NCBI GenBank assembly: GCA_043228905.1
Contig: JBHGNT010000008.1
Span: 3,534,001 to 3,598,000 of the forward strand
Length of the DNA: 64,000 nucleotides
DNA from: Azolla caroliniana
Taxonomy: Eukaryota; Plantae; Polypodiophyta
Direction: 5' to 3'
This document shows, in pieces, positions 1 through 9,375 of the stretch. Position 1 is the stretch's first letter, and every line of letters begins with the position of its first letter. Under the pieces are notes generated by a model, which saw only the letters and a program-made list of their open reading frames with translations, had not been told where the DNA came from and did no database searches. The position numbers and the translations under genes are program-made.

Positions 1-1
1 C

Positions 2-1705
2 TCGCAACCGCTCAATTTCCTGCTCCATTCGTCGGCGCAGCCTATCTTTTTCCTTTTGCAGTGTCCCGTTTTCTTCTTGTAGTCGGTCATTGGTGGCTTT
101 GCTTCGGCGAAGGCCTTCCTCCATTCGCCGTCTGTCGTCTTCTACCAACTTCCGCTGCTCTCTTTCGTTATCTCTCAATGCCTCCTGAGCCTGTAATTCT
201 TCTTTCAAAGTTGCTATTAACCTCTCGGTCTCAGGGCCGGTTTGCAAGGCCTTCTCCGTTTCTGGTTCGGCTTGCTTTTCTGATGTCCCGACCGGCTCGG
301 TGCCATCTTGTGCTTGTCGGTTGCCTTCTTTTGCCTGTGCTAACTCTTCTTGCAGCTCATTTACTTGTGCCCGGAGCCTGACCATATCCTTAGTCGTCGT
401 CCTAGTCACTTCTTCTCTTTGCTCCTCCTCTTTCTCCATCTGGTCTGCTACTCCCGACAACTGCCCTGACAACCACCTTAGCCATTGTGCCTTTGTTCTG
501 CCTTCGTTGGTGTCAGCAGGTGTGCCTAGCTCCGGCTGTTTTTCCGGCTGTTTCTCCGGCCTCTTCTCTTGTTCCGGCGCTTGTTCCTTTCTTTGTTCTT
601 CGAACTCCGCCGCCGTCGGTTCCGGTACTGCCGTCTTTGGTGCAGACGAACCTTCATCCTGTGTCGCTTCTGTTCCGGTTACTGGAGGCGGTTCTTTTAC
701 CCGTTGCTGAGTTTCGTCCGCTGTTGGGGTCGGTCTTGTCGCTCGTTTCTCCTTTCCTTGCCTGGGTGGTAGTATTAACATCGGTTCGGATGAGTCTTCC
801 TCTGTTTCTGTGTCCTCCGTCGGTGCCACTATTGGTTCCTTTACTGGTACCGGTTCCGATTCGAGCGTGACTGGTTCGGTGTCGGTTTGCCTCTTGCTGG
901 TCTTCTTTGCCAGCTTCTCCTTGCCTTTTTCCGCCTTTTTCTTCTTCGTTGTCGGTTGCTGTTGCTGTTTCTGAGGCTGCCGTGATGAGCCTTCCTCCCG
1001 TTGCTGTCGGGAGGAGTCTTCTTCCCTCGGTTGTCGAGATGAGCCTTCTTTCCGCGGCTGTCGGGATGATCCCTCTTCTGGCGGCGCTTCTTCTTCCTGT
1101 GTCCATCCTGGAGTGTGTTTCTCTAGGATTCGTCGGCGCTTCATGGTTTGCTTCGGGGTAGTCTCCTGCCGACTTCTTTGCTTGTGCTTGATGGGGGACA
1201 CCGGTGGGACCAACACTGTTAACCATTGGGATATTCCGGCCCATGGCTTCTTCCCTTCCACCAAGTGCTTTATCGCCTCTTTCAGTCCTTCGGTGATGAA
1301 GTGGAGCCAGTCCACCTGCAGGCCTTCGAATGTCGCGATGACGATCGCTGCTCGGTATTTGGCTATGGCTGCCGGACGAGGGTTCACGAACCCATACTCC
1401 ATCAGGGCGCGGGCCACCTCTCCGAACAGCAGGTTCTCTCCGCCCTGTGTGCGATACGCCTTGCTGCTGAGGGAATATTCGCCGAAATACTCGAAGAATA
1501 TTTGGCTCGAGGGTAGCTCTATTGTTTGAAGTCCACCCTCCGCAATCCCGGTGAGCGCTTGTACCGCTCCTTCGGTGACTTCTGCCAGGTCCACTGCTGT
1601 TGCCGCCTGCTCTGGTTCCTTGTGTGGTGGAGCGTCAGCGACCCGCAGCAGCCCTCCTAATCCGTTCTCTGTCAGCCATTGGCGCGCTCCTTCCGACAGT
1701 GCCAT
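2..1705 (-). CDS. Extra (env-position) ORF of the Athila-like element, >=568 aa, open at the window edge
   Basis: Manual translation from ATG 1705 (MALSEGARQWLTENGLGG...) has no stop through base 2, so the ORF track missed it. ~165-aa globular N-terminus (..GLQVDWLHFITEGLKEAI..), 4x EGSSRQPR-like repeat, E/K/P-rich middle, coiled-coil-like C-terminus. Confidence 0.85.
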   Translation of the reverse strand, partial: MALSEGARQWLTENGLGGLLRVADAPPHKEPEQAATAVDLAEVTEGAVQALTGIAEGGLQTIELPSSQIFFEYFGEYSLSSKAYRTQGGENLLFGEVARALMEYGFVNPRPAAIAKYRAAIVIATFEGLQVDWLHFITEGLKEAIKHLVEGKKPWAGISQWLTVLVPPVSPIKHKQRSRQETTPKQTMKRRRILEKHTPGWTQEEEAPPEEGSSRQPRKEGSSRQPREEDSSRQQREEGSSRQPQKQQQQPTTKKKKAEKGKEKLAKKTSKRQTDTEPVTLESEPVPVKEPIVAPTEDTETEEDSSEPMLILPPRQGKEKRATRPTPTADETQQRVKEPPPVTGTEATQDEGSSAPKTAVPEPTAAEFEEQRKEQAPEQEKRPEKQPEKQPELGTPADTNEGRTKAQWLRWLSGQLSGVADQMEKEEEQREEVTRTTTKDMVRLRAQVNELQEELAQAKEGNRQAQDGTEPVGTSEKQAEPETEKALQTGPETERLIATLKEELQAQEALRDNEREQRKLVEDDRRRMEEGLRRSKATNDRLQEENGTLQKEKDRLRRRMEQEIERLR

Positions 1706-1840
1706 CGCTTCTTCTTCCTCTGCTGCTGCCTGTGGTCTGAGGTCGGGGTGTGGGTGTTCTGCGCGTCGGATCTCGCTGTCTTGAGCCTGCGTTTGCTTGT
1801 GGGAAAATTCGTAAAAAGTGAACCCTTCTCCGGTTCTTCC

Positions 1841-1848
1841 TTTATATA
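1841..1848 (-). promoter_or_regulatory. Candidate internal TATA box for the extra ORF
   Basis: CTATATAAAG on the minus strand about 140 nt upstream of ATG 1705. Confidence 0.55.
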
Positions 1849-2216
1849 GTGGCGTTTCCCTTGACCCGCCTTTTCCTCTTTTTCGCGCGTGCGTATCTTC
1901 TGCCATAATTAGCATGTCACTCTTTAATTTTGGCGTCTGCACGTCCTCTGCCTCGAATAGCATGTCCTATTTTTGGCGCCTGCGCATGGTCTGTCATGAA
2001 TAGCATGTCTGTCCTTTGCTGCCGCGTGTCATGCCTCCTACGTGTCTGTCATTATGACTCCTTGATTGCCGCGCGTGTTAAATCTTGTACATCGGCCACC
2101 CACGTTCTGTGCTTTAAATAGCTCGTGCACCCGTGTGACGGTTGTAACTACCTCCTTCATCATTACCATGATTTTCTTGATCTTCTTGTCTTGACTTTTC
2201 TACCCGTAGCTCCACG

Positions 2217-2218
<2 letters not shown>

Positions 2219-2251
<33 letters not shown>
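2219..2251 (-). repeat. Poly(A)33 tract (element sense) just after the pol stop
   Basis: Run of 33 T on the + strand, 16 nt beyond the stop at 2268. Confidence 0.95.
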
Positions 2252-2256
<5 letters not shown>

Positions 2257-2267
2257 CATATGCCGCA

Positions 2268-5200
2268 TCATTGTTCGGTTCCCCCCGATGTGTTCGGGTC
2301 GGTGCGCACTGTTGTCGGTTCCTCGTCGTTGTTACGCGTCGGTGTCGGTTCCTCGCCATTCGGGTTTTCCGGGTCTTGCTTGAAGGGGTTAGCTGGCATG
2401 TGCCCCTTATACGGTTTTAGGCGAAACCCATTTGCCCATTTGCCCACAACTTCTCCTGACAACGTCCCGAGCTGGTAAGACCCATTGTACTCCTTTGTGA
2501 TCCAGAATGGTCCGGTCCACCGAAATCGCAATTTCCCTGGCATGCTCCCCATCCTTGTCTGGAACAGTAATACGGGTTTCCCGACCTCGAATTCCTTTTC
2601 GTTACCGCGCCGGTGTCGGTCTACAAAGGCTTTCCTCCTCCTTTGCTCTAGTTCTAGCTGTAGCAGGCTGGCTATTCGATTTTCTTCTAGTTCTAACAGC
2701 CTCTTCAGCCGGATTCGTTCGGATTCCTTCTCGCTTAACCGCTCCTTAACCTGTATTCTTAAGCTAGGAATTTGGAATTCTACTGGCATGACTGCTTCCA
2801 AGCCGAATGCCAGTCGGAACGGGGTCGTCCGGATGCTAGTCTTGTACGCCGTTCGGTACGCCCACAGCACGCTCTGCAACTTCGTGTCCCAGTCGGTCCG
2901 GTTCTCATTGACGATTTTTCTAAGGATGTTCTGTAGCGTTTTGTTTGTTGATTCCGCTAATCCGTTGGCTTGAGGGTAGTAGGGAGTGCTTCGTTTGTGT
3001 ACTACCGCATAGAATGATGTCAAACTTTCCACCACCTGCCCGAGGAAATGTCCTCCCTGGTCACTGATCAGCTCAATCGGGCATCCGTACCGACACCATA
3101 TGCATTCATATAAAAATTTGGCCGTGGACGCCGCCGTGTTGTCCCGTAGTGCCTTTGCTTCTACCCATTTGGTGCAGTAGTCGGTAGCCACTATTATATA
3201 CCGATTTCCGGTCCGCATTGCCGGTGGCTTAAAGGGGCCGACAAAGTCCAAGCCCCACTTTTGGAATGGTTCTAATGGCAAGACCGGGTGATGTGGCATC
3301 CGGGCCTGCTCCGTGGGTTGGCCCAGTCGTTGACACAGGTCGCATTCCCTGCTATACTTAACGGCATCTCTCATGGTAGTAGGCCACCATAGTCCGCTCT
3401 GCCATATCTTCCGGGCTGTTGTTTCGCCGGCATAATGCCCGCCTGCAATTCCACAGTGGGCTTCCCTCAGGATCAGATCCTTTTCATCGCTCCGCACTGC
3501 TCGCCTCCATACGCCATCTGCCCCCTTGTGATAGAGGGTGTCTCCTACCAAGCAGAAATGTCTGCTCCGTACTGCCATCCTTTTCCGTTCGTCTCGGTCC
3601 AGGTTTTCCGGGGGAACTCCGGTGCTCAGGAACTGATGCATTTCGGTTAACCATTTGTCTTCGTCCGCTACTGTGGTCTCCGTTGCCGGTGCCGTCGTGA
3701 CCTTAAACAGCTCGGCGTCGGGAAATTCGTCCTGTACGCCGTCCCCTGATTCTCCGGATTCTAGTCTGCTCAGGTAGTCTGCTACCGCATGCTGCACCCC
3801 GGGTCGGTGGAAAATGTCGAATTCGAATTCCTGTAATAGCAGCGTCCACCGTGCGAGTTTTCCTGTCAGGGCTGCCTTTGAGACCAGGTAGAGTAGTGCC
3901 GAGTGGTCAACGTGGAAGGAGAACTTTCGTCCGAGCAGATAGTGCCTGTACTTTGTGACACTGTACGCCATTCCTAATGCCTCTCGTTCCGTTGTAGAGT
4001 AGTTTCGTTCAGCTTTCGAGAGTTTCCTGCTTGCGTAGTACACCGGCCGATACCATTTCGGTTCCGTGAGTTGCATCAAAACACTGCCGATTGCTACGTC
4101 CGACGCGTCGACGAAGACGTGAAAGCTTTTACTCCAGTCCGGCGGCTGCACCACCGGAGCTTGTGACAGCATTACCTTCAACGCTTGGTAGGCTTTGTCC
4201 TCCGTTTCTGTCCATTGGAAAGGTACTCTATGTACAGCAGCGTGCAATGGTGTAGCAAAGTCGGCAAGGTGCCGTATCATCCGACTATGCCACCTTATTT
4301 GACCAAGGAATCGGCTTAAAGCCTTTGCGTTATTCGGTGCCGGTGCGTCGAGAATTGCTTTTACCTTATCCGGATCTACTGCGATCCCTTCCCGACTCAC
4401 CACGTGGCCTAACAAGTTGCCGCTTGCGACTCCAAAGACGCACTTAGCCGGGTTCAGACTTAATCGGTACTCGCGGCACTTTTCTAAGCATAGTCGTAGG
4501 TGATCGAGATGTTCTCCGTGTCGGCTGTAGACGGCGAAATCGTCTAGGAAGACCTGCATAAAACCGGGAATAAAATCACCGAAGATTTCCATAATTATCC
4601 TTTGAAATGTTGCCGGGGCTGTCTTTAATCCGAACATCATCACGACCGCGACGAACACTCCCCATTCCGTCACGAACGCTGTTTTCTCTTGGTCGGCCGG
4701 GTTCATTCGGATTTGGTTGTAGCCGCTGAATCCGTCCAGGAAGCTGTAAACTTCGTGGCCGGCCACCGCATCTAGCACTCCGTCCGTGAATGGTAGTGGA
4801 AAAGCGTCGGTCACTGTCGCGGCATTTAGTTTCCTGTAGTCCACACATACCCGGATTTTGCCGTTCTTTTTCGGGACCACCACTATCGGGCTTAGCCAGG
4901 TTGCCTGCTTGACTGGTCGGATAAATCCGACCCGGAGAAGCTTGTCAATTTCCTCCTTCACCTTTGCCGCATAGTTTGGATTCATCCGGTACCGACGTTG
5001 AGCGATGGGTTTCGCGTCAGTACTTAGATGAATTTGGTGCTGGTAGAGCTGGGGGTCCAACCCTCGCATGTCTTCGTATGACCATGCGAAGACGTCCTTG
5101 AAATCCGTTAACAGTGCTACCATGGCCTGTTTTTCCTCCTTCGGCAATTCCTTCGCGACTTTTACCGGTCGGGGTTGTTCTGTTGTGCCGAGGTCCACCT

Positions 5201-7943
5201 CTTCCAGCTGGGATGCTTTCACCCTTTGGGATATCGTCATTTCTCTTTCTAGGGCTTCCTGTGCTTGGCGTAGTTCCCGGATCGCCACTTTGTCCGGCTC
5301 GTCCGGCATTGTGATGTAGGGCTCTACTGCTGCAGTGATATCCACCTCAAAAAGTGGGACGATCTGTGGGTGTTCCTCGAGGTACCGATCAACTTCCTCA
5401 TCCGGTAAGCCCTCCAACATGTTGATACTTTCGGCATATAAAGGGGTTGCCTCCTTGCTAGTGAGCACCCGTGGTTGCGTGGCTACCCGTACCTTTGTTT
5501 TCCCTCGTCGGAACGTGATCATATTCTTTTGCCAGTTTTGCTTGTTATGCGCCGTTCGCAGCCATGGTCGTCCTAACAGTAAGGGATATGCGCCTTGTAC
5601 ATTCAGCTCTAGTACCACGGCCGATATTCGGAATACGTGGCCTCCTATTGTTACTTCCAAGTCCCGGATAAGACCAGTTGGTCGGACTGAGCTTGTATCC
5701 GCCATGCGTAACCAGAAGGGGCATGGTTCCCACTCCTGGATGCCTAGGTCGTCGCATGTCTGCCGACTAATGACGTTCACCCCGGAGCCTCCGTCAATAA
5801 TTGTTCCTGGAATCTCCTTGCCTTTGACGATTGTCGTGATTGCTGGGCTACTGGTATCAACCACCGCTGGGCCTTCCTCCGGGTTGGAGAAAAATGCCGG
5901 TGCTGGCGTCGGCGTCGGTTTGCTCACGACGGCTTGTAAGTCTGCTGTGAACCGCGGCACCAACTGCAGTAACCGTGCCAACGGCAGCACGATCTGACAA
6001 TCTTGTAGTGCTTGCCATGTCGGGTTTTCTCCTGGCTGTACGATTTCCTCCTCCCTTGGCATATTTTGGTTTCTTACTTCCGCCGCACCTTGTTCGTTGG
6101 CTTCTTTGATCCATTGTGCCGCTTGTTTTCTGATTGTTTCCTGGGCTTCCCATTCGGCGGCCTTCCCCTTCGACCGCGTGGTAACCTGCTGTACTTCGGC
6201 TGTCACCATGTTGACTGCTGGCTGCTTGTCGGCTGTTTTGCTTGGGCATTGATTACTGTAATGCCCTTCTTTTCGGCAGTAATAACAGTACACCCTGTGC
6301 GTGTTGCTGGATTCTCCTTTTTCCCATGTTTGGGGAAGGGGCATTCCCCGGCTGTTGTCCTCGGTTTTTCGGTTCTCCGGTGCCGCTACTGGTTTGTCAT
6401 TCCTCGTTGCCTCCCGACGCTCCTCTCTACGGAAGAATCCACGCCTTTGGTTCCGTCGGAAATTCCGGTTTCCTGGCCGCCTTTCTTCTCTGCGTCGCTC
6501 GTACTCCGGGGATTCGTCTCGGTCGTACCGGTCCCGGGGGTAGCTATCCCTTCGGGTCTCCTCTCGGTCATAGCTGTCGCGTCTTCTATCGGGGTATCTG
6601 TCGCCGCGTTCTCGTCGGTAGCGGTCGTCCCTCCGGAATCGATCCTCTTCCGGGTCCCGATTGCGCGGTTCTATGTGTCGGACCGGTGCCGCTTGTCGAG
6701 TTAGCAGGTTATACTCGCATTGGTTCGTTGTGTGGGCGCGAGAATTGCATATCATGCACTGTGCACGCAGGGTGCAGTCGACGGTCGAGTGCCCCGAATT
6801 TAGGCATGTTGTGCATTGTAGGGCTTGTCGGAACCTGAGGTCCTCCTCCTTCGGAAGCGCCTGGTGTAACGCCCCCATCGGCAAGAAGGAGCTCGTGTTG
6901 TCCATTTCCAGGACCCGATCAATGACTTGGTCCATTGTGCTGGTGCTGAAATCGAGGATTCCACACATCGCTCGAAGTGGGTCTTTCAACGCAGCCAAAA
7001 AGACTGCCTTGGCCTCCTCTTCGGGTGGTGCTCTTGCTAATTGACTGTGCAAGGTCTGGAAACGAATGATAAATTGTGGGACCGTCTCGTTTTCTCCCTG
7101 CCGAGTGGTGTAGAATTGTCCGACCAATTCCCTTTGTTCCACTCGTCTATGAAACAAGCGTAAAAACTGGGTTTTCAATGCCTCGAACGTGGCGAAGCTG
7201 CCTGGTAAGTGCTTGTCGTGCCACCGGGCCGCCGGTCCTTCTAATGTCATGCCGAATTCGGCGACTTTGGATCGGTCGGCCTCGGCCTCCGTTAGTCTCT
7301 GGGACACGTGGTTGGCTTCCCATGTTCGCAGGAATGCATACACATGTGCCTCTCCGTCGGGCTCATCCCGATACTTTGGGTATGGATACGGCATCGTGTC
7401 GTCCCACTGATTCTCCTGCGCTGGTTCCTCCGATGTCGGTCTCCGCTCCTGCGGTTCCTCCGCGGGTGGTGTTGATAACCGCTCCTGCGGTTCCTCCGCG
7501 GATGGTGTTGGTATCCGCTCCTCCCTCCTCGGCGATTGCCGGTCACCGAACTCCAGAGTTATTTCCTCCTCTGGCTCCGATGTTGCTGAGCGATCCGACT
7601 CAAAGGGGTTGTTCTCGTGGCTGCTTTTATAGCGGGATCCCACGCTTTCCCCGCTATCCGAATCCGCCTCTAATGTTGCAAATGCCGCTGCGTCCCCGTC
7701 GCCGCCAGCGAGAGTCTGTAGTAGTGTCTCCGCTTCTTGGAGGCTGGTTATGCTACTGCCTTCGTCGGAAGCTTGTAGAACCTGGAACTGCAGTGCGTCT
7801 TCTGCGATTTGCCGAAGCGTTTTTGAGAATGACCGATCGCGCCGGATCTCGTCAACGGCTTGCTGCAGGGCTTCCCGTCGTCGCTGCCGTTCGGCGTGGC
7901 GTCTCCCTCTTTCGGTGATGTGGTCGTTACTTTGTCTAGACAT
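2268..7943 (-). CDS. Gag-Pol polyprotein (gag with 3 CCHC knuckles, protease, RT, RNase H, integrase), ~1891 aa
   Basis: IIDGGSG protease; LDGFSGYNQI, MFGLKTAP, FLDD in RT; DAS..EREAL RNase H; HHCC + WGLDFVG..SDQG..GLAE integrase; GPF motif. First ATG after the PBS is 7943 (the track's 8027 start is inside the LTR). Confidence 0.95.
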   Translation of the reverse strand: MSRQSNDHITERGRRHAERQRRREALQQAVDEIRRDRSFSKTLRQIAEDALQFQVLQASDEGSSITSLQEAETLLQTLAGGDGDAAAFATLEADSDSGESVGSRYKSSHENNPFESDRSATSEPEEEITLEFGDRQSPRREERIPTPSAEEPQERLSTPPAEEPQERRPTSEEPAQENQWDDTMPYPYPKYRDEPDGEAHVYAFLRTWEANHVSQRLTEAEADRSKVAEFGMTLEGPAARWHDKHLPGSFATFEALKTQFLRLFHRRVEQRELVGQFYTTRQGENETVPQFIIRFQTLHSQLARAPPEEEAKAVFLAALKDPLRAMCGILDFSTSTMDQVIDRVLEMDNTSSFLPMGALHQALPKEEDLRFRQALQCTTCLNSGHSTVDCTLRAQCMICNSRAHTTNQCEYNLLTRQAAPVRHIEPRNRDPEEDRFRRDDRYRRERGDRYPDRRRDSYDREETRRDSYPRDRYDRDESPEYERRREERRPGNRNFRRNQRRGFFRREERREATRNDKPVAAPENRKTEDNSRGMPLPQTWEKGESSNTHRVYCYYCRKEGHYSNQCPSKTADKQPAVNMVTAEVQQVTTRSKGKAAEWEAQETIRKQAAQWIKEANEQGAAEVRNQNMPREEEIVQPGENPTWQALQDCQIVLPLARLLQLVPRFTADLQAVVSKPTPTPAPAFFSNPEEGPAVVDTSSPAITTIVKGKEIPGTIIDGGSGVNVISRQTCDDLGIQEWEPCPFWLRMADTSSVRPTGLIRDLEVTIGGHVFRISAVVLELNVQGAYPLLLGRPWLRTAHNKQNWQKNMITFRRGKTKVRVATQPRVLTSKEATPLYAESINMLEGLPDEEVDRYLEEHPQIVPLFEVDITAAVEPYITMPDEPDKVAIRELRQAQEALEREMTISQRVKASQLEEVDLGTTEQPRPVKVAKELPKEEKQAMVALLTDFKDVFAWSYEDMRGLDPQLYQHQIHLSTDAKPIAQRRYRMNPNYAAKVKEEIDKLLRVGFIRPVKQATWLSPIVVVPKKNGKIRVCVDYRKLNAATVTDAFPLPFTDGVLDAVAGHEVYSFLDGFSGYNQIRMNPADQEKTAFVTEWGVFVAVVMMFGLKTAPATFQRIIMEIFGDFIPGFMQVFLDDFAVYSRHGEHLDHLRLCLEKCREYRLSLNPAKCVFGVASGNLLGHVVSREGIAVDPDKVKAILDAPAPNNAKALSRFLGQIRWHSRMIRHLADFATPLHAAVHRVPFQWTETEDKAYQALKVMLSQAPVVQPPDWSKSFHVFVDASDVAIGSVLMQLTEPKWYRPVYYASRKLSKAERNYSTTEREALGMAYSVTKYRHYLLGRKFSFHVDHSALLYLVSKAALTGKLARWTLLLQEFEFDIFHRPGVQHAVADYLSRLESGESGDGVQDEFPDAELFKVTTAPATETTVADEDKWLTEMHQFLSTGVPPENLDRDERKRMAVRSRHFCLVGDTLYHKGADGVWRRAVRSDEKDLILREAHCGIAGGHYAGETTARKIWQSGLWWPTTMRDAVKYSRECDLCQRLGQPTEQARMPHHPVLPLEPFQKWGLDFVGPFKPPAMRTGNRYIIVATDYCTKWVEAKALRDNTAASTAKFLYECIWCRYGCPIELISDQGGHFLGQVVESLTSFYAVVHKRSTPYYPQANGLAESTNKTLQNILRKIVNENRTDWDTKLQSVLWAYRTAYKTSIRTTPFRLAFGLEAVMPVEFQIPSLRIQVKERLSEKESERIRLKRLLELEENRIASLLQLELEQRRRKAFVDRHRRGNEKEFEVGKPVLLFQTRMGSMPGKLRFRWTGPFWITKEYNGSYQLGTLSGEVVGKWANGFRLKPYKGHMPANPFKQDPENPNGEEPTPTRNNDEEPTTVRTDPNTSGGTEQ

Positions 7944-7979
7944 CCATCCCCCGGTTGTCCTCTGCACTCTGCAGGAATC

Positions 7980-7989
7980 GTGGTCGCCA
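7980..7989 (-). other. Primer binding site, tRNA-Arg type (TGGCGACCAC)
   Basis: 6 nt after the LTR end; complementary to the 3' end of plant tRNA-Arg(UCG) as recalled; same motif at 39596-39605. Confidence 0.7.
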
Positions 7990-7995
7990 AAATAG

Positions 7996-8405
7996 TGTTG
8001 TAGGTATGGCTGGACTAGCCGCAACACAGGTGTCTATCCGACACTTCTCCAAAGGGGTGGTAGGGATAGGATGTTAATACACGCGTATGATAATTACACT
8101 TAAGCACAGACGAAGACAAGATTAATCAGCATAAGCAAAACTATATTAATTCTTCGCGCTTTCATTACAAAACATCGGATCCTTTTATAGGCATCCGGCC
8201 AGATTACAATCGGTGCTCGGTAAGCAACCGTTAACCGAAACCGAATCGGTTCGGATCCGGATCGGTTACAACTACCGGATCCGTCCCTCCTAATAATTCT
8301 ATTCCTATTTCTATATTTATCCGATCCGACCTTGCTTTCCCATTCGCCTTCTCTGACCGGCCAACATTTTCTTTTATGATTCTCATTTCAGTCCTATTTA
8401 CAACA
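7996..8405 (-). repeat. 5' LTR of the Athila-like element (410 bp)
   Basis: Inverted termini TGTTGTA...TACAACA, adjacent PBS, internal TATAAAA on the minus strand. Confidence 0.85.
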
Positions 8406-8514
8406 TGCTAGCATATGCGTGTGGTCTTCTCCCCTTTCACACGTGCACATTGCACCTTCTCGATTTCGTTTGTTGCACACGATTTTCAAACCGTTGCTGA
8501 AAATCTTCACGACA
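8406..8514 (-). repeat. Start of an LTR of the tRNA-Trp Gypsy family, interrupted by the Athila-like element
   Basis: Minus strand begins TGTCGTGAAGATT, like the LTR starts at 25486(-) and 32826(+); outer flank ACGG. Confidence 0.7.
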
Positions 8515-9375
8515 ACGGGCTTCTTTTTCGATGAAGCATCCTCCATCATTGAAGTGGACTTGCATGCCTTGTTTGACTATCTGGCCAACTAAAACCATGT
8601 GCTTTGTTATTGTAGGAACATGCAAAACGTTCTTGATGTATGTTTGGTTGTCTTTTTCCCCAAATGGGACATTGCCGATATGCTGAATGGGGTGAATTGT
8701 GTCATCCCCAGTTTCCACATAGTCAGGTCATTCGGGTTATCGTAGCTCCTTGAACCAATCCTCATGGGATGTCATGTGGTTCGACGCGCCCGAGTCGACA
8801 AACCATACATCTTCTCGTTTGGAGGTGTTGGTCGGGTTTGAGGTTGTCATCGAGTGCGCTCTGTGCCTCATCACAAACATTCCGCCACAATTATCGTAGT
8901 TGGAGTTGGAGCTGTAGTTTGTCAGCTGTCGGCTTGTGGAGGTCGACTCACTCTTCTTCTTCCGACACTCTGCCTCATAGTGACCGAATGTACCACAATA
9001 ACCGCACTGAGCGGGATTGTTTTGACGGCTGGGACCAACCTGATTGCTCCCCCTTTTTCTGGAAGCTCCGCCTCGTGCGTTCGAGACGTCTTGTTGGTAA
9101 TAGAAGTTGTGTTCTCGGGGTTGCTCTTGGTTGTGTCGGCCTTGTCCAAATTGGCCTCTTCTTCCCCAACCTTGTCCTCTTCCTCCATCGAAGTTCGAAT
9201 AGAGCATTTTTCCTTCTTACGCCTCTTCTTCCCCGACCTTCTCCTCTTCCTCCATCGAAGTTCGAATAGAGCATTTGTCCTTCTTGTGCATTGCTTCTTG
9301 TTCAAAAATGATTCTCCTGGAACCAACAACAATGACTGGAGATTGAAGGAGGGAGGATTCTCCCTTGCAAGGACA

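Larger units (their letters stand above)
1..8405 (-). mobile_element. Athila-like Ty3/Gypsy LTR retrotransposon with intact gag-pol and an extra 3' ORF; 3' end lies outside the window
   Basis: 5' LTR 7996-8405, tRNA-Arg-type PBS, single gag-PR-RT-RH-INT ORF; Athila-like RH/linker (LLQEFEFDIFHRPG..ADYLSRL..DEFPDAELF); no chromodomain or second RNase H seen. Confidence 0.9.

Noticed and set aside
61-7995. Many + strand ORFs opposite the Gypsy genes (also 51252-55367)
   Set aside because: Antisense shadows of GC-rich coding sequence with no recognisable domains.
7944-8027. ORF-track N-terminal extension of Gag-Pol (likewise 55221-55295)
   Set aside because: Non-ATG starts lying within the LTR/PBS; the real starts are more likely 7943 and 55220.
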